A DNA stretch of 63,961 bases, counting the filler, from Aduncisulcus paluster (lineage: Eukaryota): the NCBI GenBank assembly GCA_024181965.1. It is 15 parts of 15 records of this genome, joined end to end, with 100 filler letters (N's around TTAATTAATTAA, not from the genome) between each part and the next. Parts side by side here need not be neighbours in the genome. Positions count along the whole stretch, not along the records: positions 11,752 to 22,023 come from BQXS01011833.1; positions 22,124 to 23,983 come from BQXS01011834.1; positions 24,084 to 26,144 come from BQXS01011835.1; 12 more parts are not named here. One strand, written 5' to 3'. Made by a program: the position numbers and the translations under genes. This document shows, in pieces, positions 12,298 through 24,345 of this stretch; position 1 is the first letter of the stretch, and each line of letters begins with the position of its first letter. The notes beneath the pieces are model-generated. The model had not been told where the DNA came from, made no database searches, and saw only the letters and a program-made list of their open reading frames with translations.

Positions 12298-15200
12298 TCA
12301 CTTATTCTTTCTCCAGTTACCAAAAGAACCACCAGAACTAGAGCTAGACCCAGACCCAGACCCAAACCCAGACCCAAATCTTGAGCCAGATGAACCAAAG
12401 GTGGAACTACTGCCTCCTCCTCTTCTCTTGTATGCAGGAACAAAGGCCTTGGGAGCTGAAGAATCACCTCCAGAAGAGGACGGAGACTCCTCAGATTTCG
12501 CAGCAGCACGTCGGAATGATGGAACAAAGCTCCTTGATGCCTCTGACGATTCTTTCTTCTCAGATTCTCTATCTTTAGAACGTTCCTCTTCCCTCAACTT
12601 CTCCATAGAGTGGGTTGCCTTATCGAATGATGACATTCCACTGCGAGAGAACCTATTGCCACCAAGAGAAGGCCTTGATGATGAAGAAGAAGACGCGGAA
12701 TCACGAGACCTCCACATTCCTTTGTCACTGCCTGAACCCCAAGAACTTCCAATTCCACTGGGCTTTCCACGGAATCCACGAGGCTTGTACGCTCCACTCC
12801 CACTTCCGCTTGAAGATCCTTGCATTTCGAGGGTTTGTTTGGCAGAGTCTTTCCCTGAAAGTTCATTATAAATGGCACGAACTTCTACAGAATCCAGACA
12901 ATAAGTGTTCTTTGTGATCTCAGGAATCAGTCTTCTCATGGGACCAAATGAAGGAATAGGCTTTTTCTTGGCCTTGTAATCATCAAAAATGGCCTTCATC
13001 TTCTGACGGAGAGCAGTCCGGGTTTCATTGATAATTCTCTGTCTTTGTTTCTCCTCTTCTTCAGCTTTTTGCTGGGCAGCCAACTGTTCCTGTCTTTCTT
13101 TCTCAAGTCGCTCTTGTTCTTCTTTTTCCTTCTGAGCCTGCCTCTCGGCTTCTTCCTTAGCTTTTTGCCTAGCAGCGGCCGCTTCCTTCTCTGCAAGTTC
13201 TGCGAGTTCAGCCTCGTTTCTTTGCATGATCTTTCCGAGACTACGACTAACAACAGGTTCAATCTTTCTCAAAATGTTTCTCATCTTCAGCATGTCATTG
13301 TGTTCCTTCTTCCGACGTTCTTCGAGCTTCTTAACACGGTACTCATAAGCTTCGGCTGCATGTTCCATTAAATAAGTGTTATAAGACTCAACATAAGGGA
13401 TTTCTTTCTCTCTACGACTTCTGATAAGATGGTCAAGATTCCTGTCTTGGTGTTTTAAGGAAACTTCACGACTTTCGGCAAGGACGGCTTCAATTTCCTG
13501 CTTTTTCTTCTCAAAGGCTTTAATAGGCTTATCGAACTGTAAGAAATCAATCTTGCTCAATTTCTTTCCCAACTTGGGATTAGCTCTCAAAGCCTTAGAG
13601 ACCTCATCAGCCAGTCTTTGACGTTCCTGTCTGGCGATACGTTCCTTTAGACGACGGATAATCCGTTGTTTCTTCTCCTTTTCTTGCTCTTCCTTGTTCT
13701 GAGCCAACCGCTCCTCCTTCTTTTTCTGGAGTTCCAGTTTCTGCCTCTCTCTCTCTTCCTCATCTGATCTCTGTCTCTCCATCCGCCTGTGTTGGAAGTT
13801 GAGGAACCTTTGTTCAGTATCAGAACGTGCAGAACCAAAGTGAATGGTTCGGTGGTACATTCTCTTCATGATGTTCTCTTCATGACTGGGCTTACCTTTG
13901 GCGATCCCAACACCATCTTCAACACGAATCATGGCTCCAACAACCTTGTCAATGGCTTGTTCGGCGGACCTAGGACGACGGACAACAGCTTCACCGACCT
14001 CATCAATGTCAAGACAGTCAGAGAGACGGAGAGCACTATAAAAGAGTCCACGAATGGCTGGAACGAACACATTTGATGATGTGTCCATATCTTCCTCGGT
14101 CTCATCAATCCAGTTATAAACAGGAAGTAAAAACTCACGAATCGAGCGGATAGACACTTTGCTCATCATCCCAAGACGAGCATGAGTCCAGGACAAGAGA
14201 ATGTTCCTAAAGACACCAACAACAGTGAGAACAAAGGAATCATCAGTAATGAAGGGAAGAGAGGTCAGAGAACCAAGACTGAGACCAGATTGTTCTTTGA
14301 AACGAAGACATTCAGAGACATCAGGGCGTAACTTCACAAAGACATCAGCTACAACGGCCTTGAGTTCATCGCTGTTTGTAATAACTTTGTTACCACGAAT
14401 ATGATGGCACAAGTTACGAATACTGCTGGAACACATCAGAGTGACATCGTGAGCGTTCAAATAGGAATACACAGCACTGGCAATATCCTTGGAGTCACCA
14501 ACCTTTCCACAGCCCAACAAAACACGTTCCACAGCAAGTTGCTGCCACGACAGAGGAAGACAGAGCAAATGTTGGATGGAAGATGGGATAGAAACACTGG
14601 GACCACGAACATACCCGCAAGAGGCAAAGAGAGACGAGACAGCGGGTGAAGCAGGTGGAATGCACAAGAAATAGACCAAAGCAGCATCACACAGACGAAG
14701 AATAACTTCAGGTCCTTCCTCAGTGAAGAACGAAGGATTCAACTGACGCAGAACAACTCTTTGAACACACAAAAGAGAGAGATTGGTGAAGTTGTGGGGG
14801 AATATGTGGAATAACTGACACAAAAAGGTATCGAGGAGGTATGGGTGGGTTGAGACAGCATTGAGGGAAGTGTATTGCTCATTGTTCCAGAAACGTTCGG
14901 TGGCTCCAGACAATTTGAAGAGACCAGCAAGATCTTCAGCAGTTTTATATGTCAAAGAGTGACATTTTAACTTTGTGGCAGCGTCCATAAGCTTTAACCT
15001 GAGAAGAATGTGCATGTTTTGAGTATCAGGAGAAGTCAACTGAGCATCCTGGTCCTCATGCTTATCTTGAACAAACTGAAGCATTCTCTGAAGATGTTTT
15101 TGTAATATCTCACAGAGAGATTGGAACTCAGCAACACGTTGGTACTTAACACAGAAATCAATGCAGAACTCAGCAATATCCTGGTAAAGGTATTCTAAAT

Positions 15201-15792
15201 GTTGACTAAAACGAACAGTATCGATGCATGAAAGGAGAGAACGCCACACGAAGGTCAAATGTTGAGCGACACGAGGCTTATGACTCATTTTTCCAACGGA
15301 AAGAGAAGAAGCCTCAATCAAAGCCTCTTCCCATAATTCAAATGATACTTTACCTTCTTCAACACGAGTAGAATCGACTAAATGTCCCAAAGAAGAAATA
15401 ATTTCATCCATTTCAGGGGAAAGACGATGGAACAACTGTAAGACAACGGCAGCTAAAGCCTTGGGTTCGTGGCCCAAAAAGGCAGATCTATAAGCAGACA
15501 ATCCATCATTAACGGCAATATGATCATCTAAAATAAAGCAACAATTGATGTACTCTTCCATCAGATCCCCATACACGGGAATCCAAGATGACTGCTTTTT
15601 AACACCATTTACAATGAATTCAAGAATGTCATCAATGGCTCTGGAGGGAAGCTTAGTCTTACGGAGCTCTAAATAATGAAACAATCAATAAAATTAGGGA
15701 TGAGGCCAAAACAAGTAAAAAATATAAATTAAAGTTGAATACATACCTCTCGCGTGATTAAGAGCACTTTCAGCCTTAGTGTTGGCTTGCAT
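12298..15792 (-). CDS. EIF3A: Eukaryotic translation initiation factor 3 subunit A (exons 15792-15747 and 15668-12298)
   Basis: The spliced N-terminus MQANTKAESALNHARELRK matches eIF3a (PENALKRANEF). FVWRSLLSCIDTVR..LEYLYQDIAEFCIDFCVKYQRVAEFQSLCEILQKHL matches the eIF3a core. It also has a coiled coil with DHLIRSRREKEIP and a G/S/R-rich tail. Confidence 0.93.
15669..15746 (-). other. 78-nt spliceosomal intron in eIF3a
   Basis: GTATGT donor, CTAAT branch-like motif and TTTAG acceptor. Splicing restores the conserved N-terminus in frame. Confidence 0.9.
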
Positions 15793-16213
15793 TGCAGCAG
15801 ATTCACAAAAACACGACGATATGATTTTTTCTCTCGGCTGAGTAAATTGATCGTCTTGGGACGATAACATTTGTTGGATCCATTTTAGAAAAATAATATA
15901 CTCAACATAAAAAAAACGGAACAATAAAATATATTATTAGATGCTTCATCCCTTTCTAACCTCTAAATAGAGTTTTTGGTGACCCTTCAATTATTCGCTT
16001 GTTTTGTGACACACAATGCAACCTACAATGGAAGGAGGTATGTAATATCAATGATAATGTGAAACTTATCATTATATTTTTAAAATATTAACGTTTATTA
16101 ACCTTTCTTGTTTCCTTTGAAATTTCTTAAAATCCGTCGTTATTTTAGGGCGTCCACACGATAGTCATGCGGATACTATCTACCAATTGCTTCAATTTGA
16201 TACTTTTCCTACA

Positions 16214-18214
16214 ATGTCGCCTTCCACTTATCAACCAGAAGATCAAGATCGGGGATTCTATAGTTCTGGTCCCAAACAGCATTCTCCCGTATTTAAATTA
16301 CCAGATGATGTTGCTCAATCGGTTGAAAAGAGGCTCCTTGCCGCTCATGAAGAAAAACTTAAGAGGCATGAAGAACGCCGAGAACGTTATTATCGTGAAG
16401 AATGTCCTGCCCATCCCGCTATTACCTATCCTGCCTCTCAAATATCCAGTGGTGGCGAGTTTGGTCAACGTTTATATTCTCAAGGAATTGAAAGACAGCA
16501 TTCTCTGGAAAAAAGAAGAGCCGAGAGAGATTTAGAGCTTGCTGACAGATCTCTTGGTCCTAAAATTAATGAACCCACATTGTATGAACGCCATCGTCCT
16601 AAAAATATGTCAATATTTGCTGATTTGATTGAAAAAGGAGAGGCTCTGAAGATGCAGAAGGAAGCAGCCCGTAAAGCCAAAGAGAGGCAAGAACAGGAGC
16701 ATTTCTTCCAACCAATGATCAATCCTCACAGTAAGAAACTCACTGAGCATCTCGATAAACCAAACAAGACCTGGATTGATCGTCTCTGTCCCATGCCTGA
16801 AAGAGATGAAGAAGGCAAAGTTGTTGCACTATCTCCCGATAAAAAGGGAAAGAAGGACTTTGAAACCGAACAAAATATGACTTTCCAACCCAAAATCACC
16901 CCCTATAAAGGATCTCTTAGGAATCGTCCTTCTTTCACTGCTAAGATGAAGAAACAGATCGAAGAGCAAAGTGAAAAGAACAGAATAGCCAGAAGAGAAC
17001 GCATTGCTCGTGAACAGACCATGGAAAAAGAGAAAGAAAAAGTTGTGAAGCCAACTAAACCAATTAAGAGTGATGAAATGGAGGTCAAGGATCCCGCCAG
17101 TAAGGCCTGCATCAAAATGTACGACGAATATAGGATCAAGAAGGCCAGAGCCGAGCAACAAGCAAGAGAATTGGCCAACAACCCTGAGCTACTCCGTCGT
17201 AAGCTTGAGCAAGAAGCCAGGAATGCTGAGATGACCCGAGAGCAAGAATCAAAGACCCCCATCTTCAAACGTCCCGAGAAACGTATTGATCTCCAAAAAC
17301 CTCAGTATTTGCCCAAAGCTATCAAGGCACATAGGGAAGAAGACATCAAGAGTCATTTATGGCGTATGAGAAGGGGAAGAGCTGAAAGAGAAATGAAAAG
17401 AAGAGCCCATGAACGTGGAGTCACGGTTGTTGCCACTCAGAAAGCCAAAGAGGAAGAGAAGATGCGTATCCAACTTTTAAGTGGAGAGTGTCCGACTTTG
17501 TCGGCTAGCCAATCTCCTAGAAAGCATCCAAGGAAGGTCCAGACTGTGTTGGCCTCATCAAAAGTCGTTGAGCGTGAGGTTGACCCAGATGAAAATCAAG
17601 AAGGCTATCTTGCCGCAGTTGTTAACTATGCCAACGATAACTCTGACCTTAAACCAACCATGCCTCTTCAAGTTGACAGTGGTGGCCGTGTCCTTGGTGA
17701 GCACTCTCCCAGTGTCGGTGGAACACCAAGGACAGGTGGTTCTTTGGCAGGAAGCCAAGAGATAAAATCTCCCACTTCCTCTCATCCTTACCCTTATTCA
17801 CAGTCTCAGATCAAGAGTATTCGGCCCCCTGTGTGTCCAAGCGATGTGAGAAAGGCTATGAATGGGACGTTGGATTGGGAACAGAAAGAAATGCGTCGTG
17901 AAGAGGAGAAGAGACAGAAAGAATTAGAGGAAAGAGAAAGGATTGAGCATGAGAAGGAAGAGAGAGAGAAGCAAAAGGAGCGCGAAGAGAGAGAGAAGAG
18001 AGAAGGTCCTCTTCCAGAAATGGTTCCTTTACCTCAGTTTAACTTAAACATGTGCAGCATGCTCATGAGTGCCAAAGGACAAGCTTTGTTGAGCCGAGGA
18101 AGAGTTGAGGGTGAGAATGATCAAGAATACGTTTTAAGAAGGAAAGAAAAAGATAAAATACAGAGGCTTGATGCTGCAAAAGAGAAAAGCAAACCTTGGA
18201 GAGGTGATCTGTAA
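16214..18214 (+). CDS. Charged coiled-coil protein with FQP-x-I motifs (possibly microtubule/flagellar-associated)
   Basis: 666-aa ORF, E/K/R-rich, with FFQPMINPHSKKL, MTFQPKIT and GPKINE motifs. It is divergent from eIF3a. Confidence 0.75.
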   Translation: MSPSTYQPEDQDRGFYSSGPKQHSPVFKLPDDVAQSVEKRLLAAHEEKLKRHEERRERYYREECPAHPAITYPASQISSGGEFGQRLYSQGIERQHSLEKRRAERDLELADRSLGPKINEPTLYERHRPKNMSIFADLIEKGEALKMQKEAARKAKERQEQEHFFQPMINPHSKKLTEHLDKPNKTWIDRLCPMPERDEEGKVVALSPDKKGKKDFETEQNMTFQPKITPYKGSLRNRPSFTAKMKKQIEEQSEKNRIARRERIAREQTMEKEKEKVVKPTKPIKSDEMEVKDPASKACIKMYDEYRIKKARAEQQARELANNPELLRRKLEQEARNAEMTREQESKTPIFKRPEKRIDLQKPQYLPKAIKAHREEDIKSHLWRMRRGRAEREMKRRAHERGVTVVATQKAKEEEKMRIQLLSGECPTLSASQSPRKHPRKVQTVLASSKVVEREVDPDENQEGYLAAVVNYANDNSDLKPTMPLQVDSGGRVLGEHSPSVGGTPRTGGSLAGSQEIKSPTSSHPYPYSQSQIKSIRPPVCPSDVRKAMNGTLDWEQKEMRREEEKRQKELEERERIEHEKEEREKQKEREEREKREGPLPEMVPLPQFNLNMCSMLMSAKGQALLSRGRVEGENDQEYVLRRKEKDKIQRLDAAKEKSKPWRGDL

Positions 18215-18367
18215 TTATGTGCTTGGATGTTGTAATAAAACAATTATTATTAAGATCATTTTGTTTAATTGAATAATAAAATATTTTTTTAAAACCATTT
18301 TCCACATTCACCGCGTATTTATTGTTTGGAAGATTGACTGTCTCCATTGAGTCACGAGCAGAAATAT

Positions 18368-21314
18368 ATGAGTCGACATATCACATTTATTGTGGATGGT
18401 AGATGCTGTTATGACGATGATCAATTTCAGTTTATCTTAAAATCAATGCATTCAAGCATTAGAAACAAACAATTGGATATTATCACTGGAGTATCAATTG
18501 AACCATTATCAAAGTATTTCAAAGAAGAATCTGATAATATTGACGATTATTATGTAATATCACCTCGAAATACCCCTATTTCTGGGATTCTTCCTATGCA
18601 TATCAAAATCATTGATGAATGTCGAGAATTATTGATGGCAAAAGAGTCTAAGCACTCAAAAGAGTATTCAATTTCTATTTGTTATCGTAATAATAACTGT
18701 CTATCCCTTGTCGGTGATTCTTTGTGTGTTTTCTGTATGGTTGGAACTGGAATCCCATTCATGAATTATTTTAATTTGAAAACAATTCCAACAGAATCCC
18801 CTCAGAAGATGACAAGTATATTTGGATCATTTGTTGCTTATAAAGAGATCTCTGGCGTGTTATTTACTGTGAATAACGATTTATATTTCCTTCAATCTAC
18901 TTCTCATAAACCTGCTCATATTCACTCATCTTCTTATATATTCTCGATATACCAACAATATTTATTCATTTATGATGGTGAANNNNNNNNNNNNNNNNNN
19001 NNCTGGAGTATCAATTGAACCATTATCAAAGTATTTCAAAGAAGAATCTGATAATATTGACGATTATTATGTAATATCACCTCGAAATACCCCTATTTCT
19101 TGGATTCTTCCTATGCATATCAAAATCATTGATGAATGTCGAGAATTATTGATGGCAAAAGAGTCTAAGCACTCAAAAGAGTATTCAATTTCTATTTGTT
19201 ATCGTAATAATAACTGTCTATCCCTTGTCGGTGATTCTTTGTGTGTTTTCTGTATGGTTGGAACTGGAATCCCATTCATGAATTATTTTAATTTGAAAAC
19301 AATTCCAACAGAATCCCCTCAGAAGATGACAAGTATATTTGGATCATTTGTTGCTTATAAAGAGATCTCTGGCGTGTTATTTACTGTGAATAACGATTTA
19401 TATTTCCTTCAATCTACTTCTCATAAACCTGCTCATATTCACTCATCTTCTTATATATTCTCGATATACCAACAATATTTATTCATTTATGATGGTGAAG
19501 AAGCCCTAATTTTCCCGATTGATATCCTTTTCCCATTTATATATCATTCTCTCCTTTCCCATTCTTATTCTATAAATTTTACAGCCTTAAAAAGTATAGC
19601 AACAATATCTATACCAACAAAAGATCTCGACCATATCGACCAAACCTCTCAGTCGACTTGTTCACCATCTAAAGATTTAAGGATTCATGTAGTTTATTTT
19701 CATCATATTGATGCTTCCACCGATGAATATGCATGCCTATGGTTAATATCTCGTTCATCTATGACTCTTCCATCTCTTATTCTTTCATATTCAACAGTGG
19801 ATATCCGTTCTCACCGTTCATGCGGTGAAAATAAGCTTTTTCCCCTTATACAACCCTCAAAAATGGTATTATATCACATTGTTAGTCCGCAATTGGCCCC
19901 TTCTCTGACTAATATCCACTCTTCATGGAAAGATCTCAGTGTTGCTCGCCTCCGAACGATGCTTCTGGAGGAAACTAAGGATTCTGGAGCCAAAAAGACA
20001 TTATTATTCAAAGAAATGCCATCAGAAAAAGATATTAAAGAAGTGATTTGTAACGTTTCTCCCGTGTTCGCTCTCTCATCTCGCCCTGGATCGATTTCAT
20101 GTTCATTATGTGATCTATTTATAGCATTATTGTTTGACAAATTGAGAAAGAAACTATTTATCGATGGTTTTATTGCCAAAACCATTGTAAATTGTCTGTG
20201 GGCTGTGATTAGAAGTTCTGAGGATGAAGATGAGCATATTTCGGTCATCTCAAGAAGATTTTCCGAAAATATGTTGATATCTATCCATAAAATGTTGTTT
20301 GAGAAGAAAGATGATCTATTTTTAGAGCAATATAATTCTATTCGCCTTCCAAAATCATTTCCTCAATCATTTTTAAAATCATCTTCAAGAGAAAAAGGTA
20401 CTATACCATTATCGGAAGGGAAAAAATTAATTAGCAAACAACAAACATTGTTGCCCGAATTACCCAAATCTCAAACTCCTTCCCATGTTCATCAAACGCA
20501 AGAAGATCTTTTTATTCAGTATTCAGGGAAACTATCCTCCTTCCCACTTCCTCTTCAATCATCAATATTCTTTGATGCCTCTTTTGTTCCCATTCCTTGT
20601 GTAAAGCCAACTATAGACTATTTTATTCATCTTATTCCCACACTGTTCCTGCCTGATCCTTCCCTTTGTGAGGATACTCACTCTATTGTTTCTCAGGATA
20701 CTATTTCTGGCAATATTGGAGAAAATGTTGATGAAGAGGAAGATTCGTCCTCCTCAATGTACTCAGATTCCGAAGAAAAAGAAGCTCTTGCGAAAAGACA
20801 AATGGAACTCTTGGAAAAACATTCCCATTCCTTGTCATTTCATATCAAATCGCTACGATCATTATTGTTTCAGATTCCGTTATACCAACATTATCATATA
20901 TTTCTTCTTTTATTTAGATTTCTTCCTTTCTTATCCCTTATTTTCGCTGATATATGTATTCTTGATCACGGAAGTATAGGAACTCGAACATTGAATGAAA
21001 TTCTCTCCTTATTTGAGCTCATGGGCACTTTACACACGGATAAACTCCAATATCTCCGTTGTATTCGTCTTGCTTGTGGTGTTCACAGTGGAAATAGCGA
21101 TGAAAAGACTGTGTTCTTGGAGATAAAACCTTCCCCACATCTTTCACATTGGTGTAAATTTACTTGTTCTTCAGAACATCGAAAATACTTTACATTGTGT
21201 AAGCTTGTGTACTCAATTTGTGAATCAGAATTCAAGGGAATTGACACATCTCTGATCCATCCAAGATTATTTTGTCACTGGAACCGGTCATCCCCAACGA
21301 GTGTAAAGAAATAG
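18368..21314 (+). CDS. Hypothetical protein (~810 aa once the duplicated segment across the gap is collapsed)
   Basis: ORFs 18347-19018 and 18972-21314 share an almost identical 497-bp segment on both sides of the 20-N gap. Confidence 0.7.
18486..19499. repeat. Gap-flanking duplication 18486-18982 / 19003-19499 (1 SNP), likely assembly artefact
   Basis: Identical except G18584/T19101. Confidence 0.9.
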
Positions 21315-21365
21315 TAATATTATTCAATTATTAATATTTATCCAATATAATTTTAATGCCTTTAA

Positions 21366-22023
21366 GCTCGTCAGAGATCTCCTGCCAAGCCATATATAAA
21401 GAAGAAACGAGGCCGTGGTCGTGGTCGTGGCCGAGGTCGTTATCGCCGATCCCAGAGTATCAGTGACGATCCATCTGCCCCCCCTGTCCCCATTCCTCCC
21501 CCACCTCCACAGCCCCTTTCCTTCTTCCTTCCGCACCGAAACGAATTCAGTGTGGAGTGGATGAACGACTCCGAATATGCGCTTGCCTTCCTGAGTGTGG
21601 ATCCCACCGAGACGACCGAGACTCGCCTGCTCAAGCTTATGCTCCTGCGTGCCTACAATGTCAAGCTCAAGGAACGGATGCGTGTGCGAGGGTTTGTCAT
21701 CGACCATGGTCTCACTGACCTCAGACGTGTCCAGGAAGAACGATTTATTACAGAGAATACCAAGGTTGACGCAGCTCATCCCCGTGTCAAGGAATTGAGT
21801 GAGTTGAGCGAGAGTGGGAAAGAAGATCTCGCGAAACTACGTCCAATCGCCCCATTCTTCTCAAAGAAGGATTATGATACGCTGATTGATAGTTTTCGTG
21901 AGGAAAGAATTCTTCGGAAAAAGATTGACGAACTCGTTGAGGTTCAGCGCAAATATGGTGTCAAATATCTGTGCACGATTGATAAAGTGAAGAAAACTGT
22001 TGCCCGACGGGAGGAAGAAGGGC
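21366..22023 (+). CDS. ADA2: Transcriptional adapter ADA2-like protein, partial (RG repeat + ADA-box region)
   Basis: FFLPHRNEFSVEWMNDSEYALAFLSVDPTETTETRLLKLMLLRAYNVKLKERMRVRGFVIDHGL matches ADA2 (GFMPGRLEFETEFENEAE..LKFAILDIYNSRL..R). The start codon is unresolved. Confidence 0.75.
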
Positions 22024-22194
22024 NNNNNNNNNNNNNNNNNNNNNNNNNNNNNNNNNNNNNNNNNNNNTTAATTAATTAANNNNNNNNNNNNNNNNNNNNN
22101 NNNNNNNNNNNNNNNNNNNNNNNATATCGTTGTAGCGATAATGTGTGAAGATAGTGCCAACCGTGTTGTGATAATGATGATGACGAACCGTGAT

Positions 22195-22292
22195 AGAACA
22201 TGCTTCTGCACGAATGTGTCGTGTGTGAAGAGGCTGTTCGCTGTGAGAGAACATGTTTCTGCACGAATGTGTCGTGTGTGAGGAGGCTGTTC
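22195..22292 (+). repeat. 53-bp tandem duplication
   Basis: GAACATGYTTCTGCACGAATGTGTCGTGTGTGARGAGGCTGTTC twice, with ATGs at 22200 and 22253. Confidence 0.85.
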
Positions 22293-23572
22293 ACCGTGTT
22301 GAGATCAACCCCCCGTCTACCCTCATTGCCCCTGATGCTCCCTCTACTTTTGGTGACTCCCCAGTGGATGATCCAGGTATACCTGTCTCCTCTCAACCTC
22401 CCCCTCAGTCTTCCGCACCCCAGGTCAATCAAACCTCTCCTGGACCCGTGGACTCTGCCACTCACTTATCTCCTGCTGATGAAGAAATTCTTGATTTTCT
22501 CGAGTGGGCTGAGGAACAAGAGGCTGATGACACAACTGGTTATACCCCTTGCCCGACCTTTGAAAATCCTCTGAGTTCTGTATTTACTAAACCTGGTGTC
22601 AAAAAATACAAACATCAGCTTCACGAAGCTTCCTTCAACTCTCTTGTTCTATCTTTGAGGAACACGATAGTTGATGCTCACGAGGCTGACATCCTCATTG
22701 ACCCTGAACACATTGATCAGGACACAGACGATCTTCTTAGAACTCGTGCTCAAGGTACTAGAGCATCTCTTCAACTTCTTTCTCTTATTGCTGCCTCCGA
22801 CCCCTCCAACATCTTTTCCTCTCTCCTCAAAACTGTCGTTGGACGCCTCTTGAATGCTCCATCCTTTAGGATGATGCTTGCTGATCGCTATGGATACTTG
22901 TGTCCTGGCATCAGTGTAACCGAGAAGTGCCCACGCTGTGATTCCCGACTTGACTTCGTTTCTTCCACCAATCACTCTAGGGTGTGTCGTTGTATTCGCT
23001 CAAACATTACAGCCAGACATGACGACCTAAGGTCGCTATCTGCTGCCTGGTTAGAGGAAGTCCTGGGTCTTCCTATTACTCAAGAAGACACTCGCTTCCT
23101 CCGGCATCTAAACACTCGAACCAAGAGAGCAGACATTGTTGCCCATGCATTTGGCACAAGTGACTGGTCTCGGAATCTTGTATTTGATGCTCAAATTACT
23201 GAGGTTGTATCGACGAACATTATCCTGGACTTCACACGGAGGATCGTTGCAATTGGTAACTCTGTGACTGCTATTGTTGAGCTTGGAAGGGGAATTATTC
23301 ATGCGTGTCTTGCGAAGAAGGAGTCAAATAAGCGTAGTGATTACACGCCTAACCCTCCTCCTGGTAGTGAGATTGACCCTCGCTACTCGTTCGACTTTTA
23401 TCCCATGATATTTTCTTCAACAGGTGTTATTGGTGAATCTTTCCAAGAATTCCTTGCCTTCAAGGCACACAAGGCTTGTGTGCTAACGCTAAGGTACAAT
23501 TTATTAAATAAAAACAAACAAGGTTCATCTTGTGGTAATGTCTCAGGATCTATAAATAGACACGTTCGGTGA
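22253..23572 (+). mobile_element. Non-LTR retrotransposon C-terminal module (zinc knuckle + restriction-like endonuclease), CRE-like, with no RT in this ORF
   Basis: FRMMLADRYG..CPRCD..HSRVC..RHDDL..RADIV..FDAQIT..KESNKRSDY..FYPMIFSSTG follows the CCHC-RH-PD..D..K..KY..FxP pattern of RLE-clade elements. Confidence 0.78.
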
Positions 23573-24345
23573 ACTGTCATATCAATAAATTGTAAATCGT
23601 TTATTATACGTACTACCACATTTTGATCAAAATTCCATAATACGAATTTTAAACTAACAGTGTACAGTGAAAATTATGGTTGTGTGGTATCAAGTAGGCT
23701 TCCGAAAGGAATTTAATCTAAGCTTGAAGACAATTTACTGAGTTATACGAAGAATCAAGATTATCTAAAAATAGAATATTGACTAAGTTGGAACATAATA
23801 AATATAATAAATTAAGAATATAAATAATAATAAAATAGAAATAATATTAATAAAACAAAATAATAAATAATAATATGTTAGAGATTCACGAAAACAAGAT
23901 GGTCACCACACTCACCCCTTACTTTCTGAGGGGTTGCCTGCAAGCACTCACACGAACCATCAGAGAAAAGACACTATTATACANNNNNNNNNNNNNNNNN
24001 NNNNNNNNNNNNNNNNNNNNNNNNNNNTTAATTAATTAANNNNNNNNNNNNNNNNNNNNNNNNNNNNNNNNNNNNNNNNNNNNAACATGTTTTTATCATT
24101 TACCAGCATTTAATTCGTTTATATGTATTTTTTTTAATTTTCCAATCTTATCTATTGAAGGGTTGCTTGTTCAGTCTGTTGGCGGCTCAGCACCGATGTC
24201 CAATTTTTCTCGTCATACAAGCAAATTGTATGTTTACTATATGCCATATCTTTTATTAAATGTATATTAAGAAATATTTTAACCGGATCCATTCATTATT
24301 CTGCTTGTTTTTATTTTTTAGATAAGAAATTCTATCTCTATTCAA

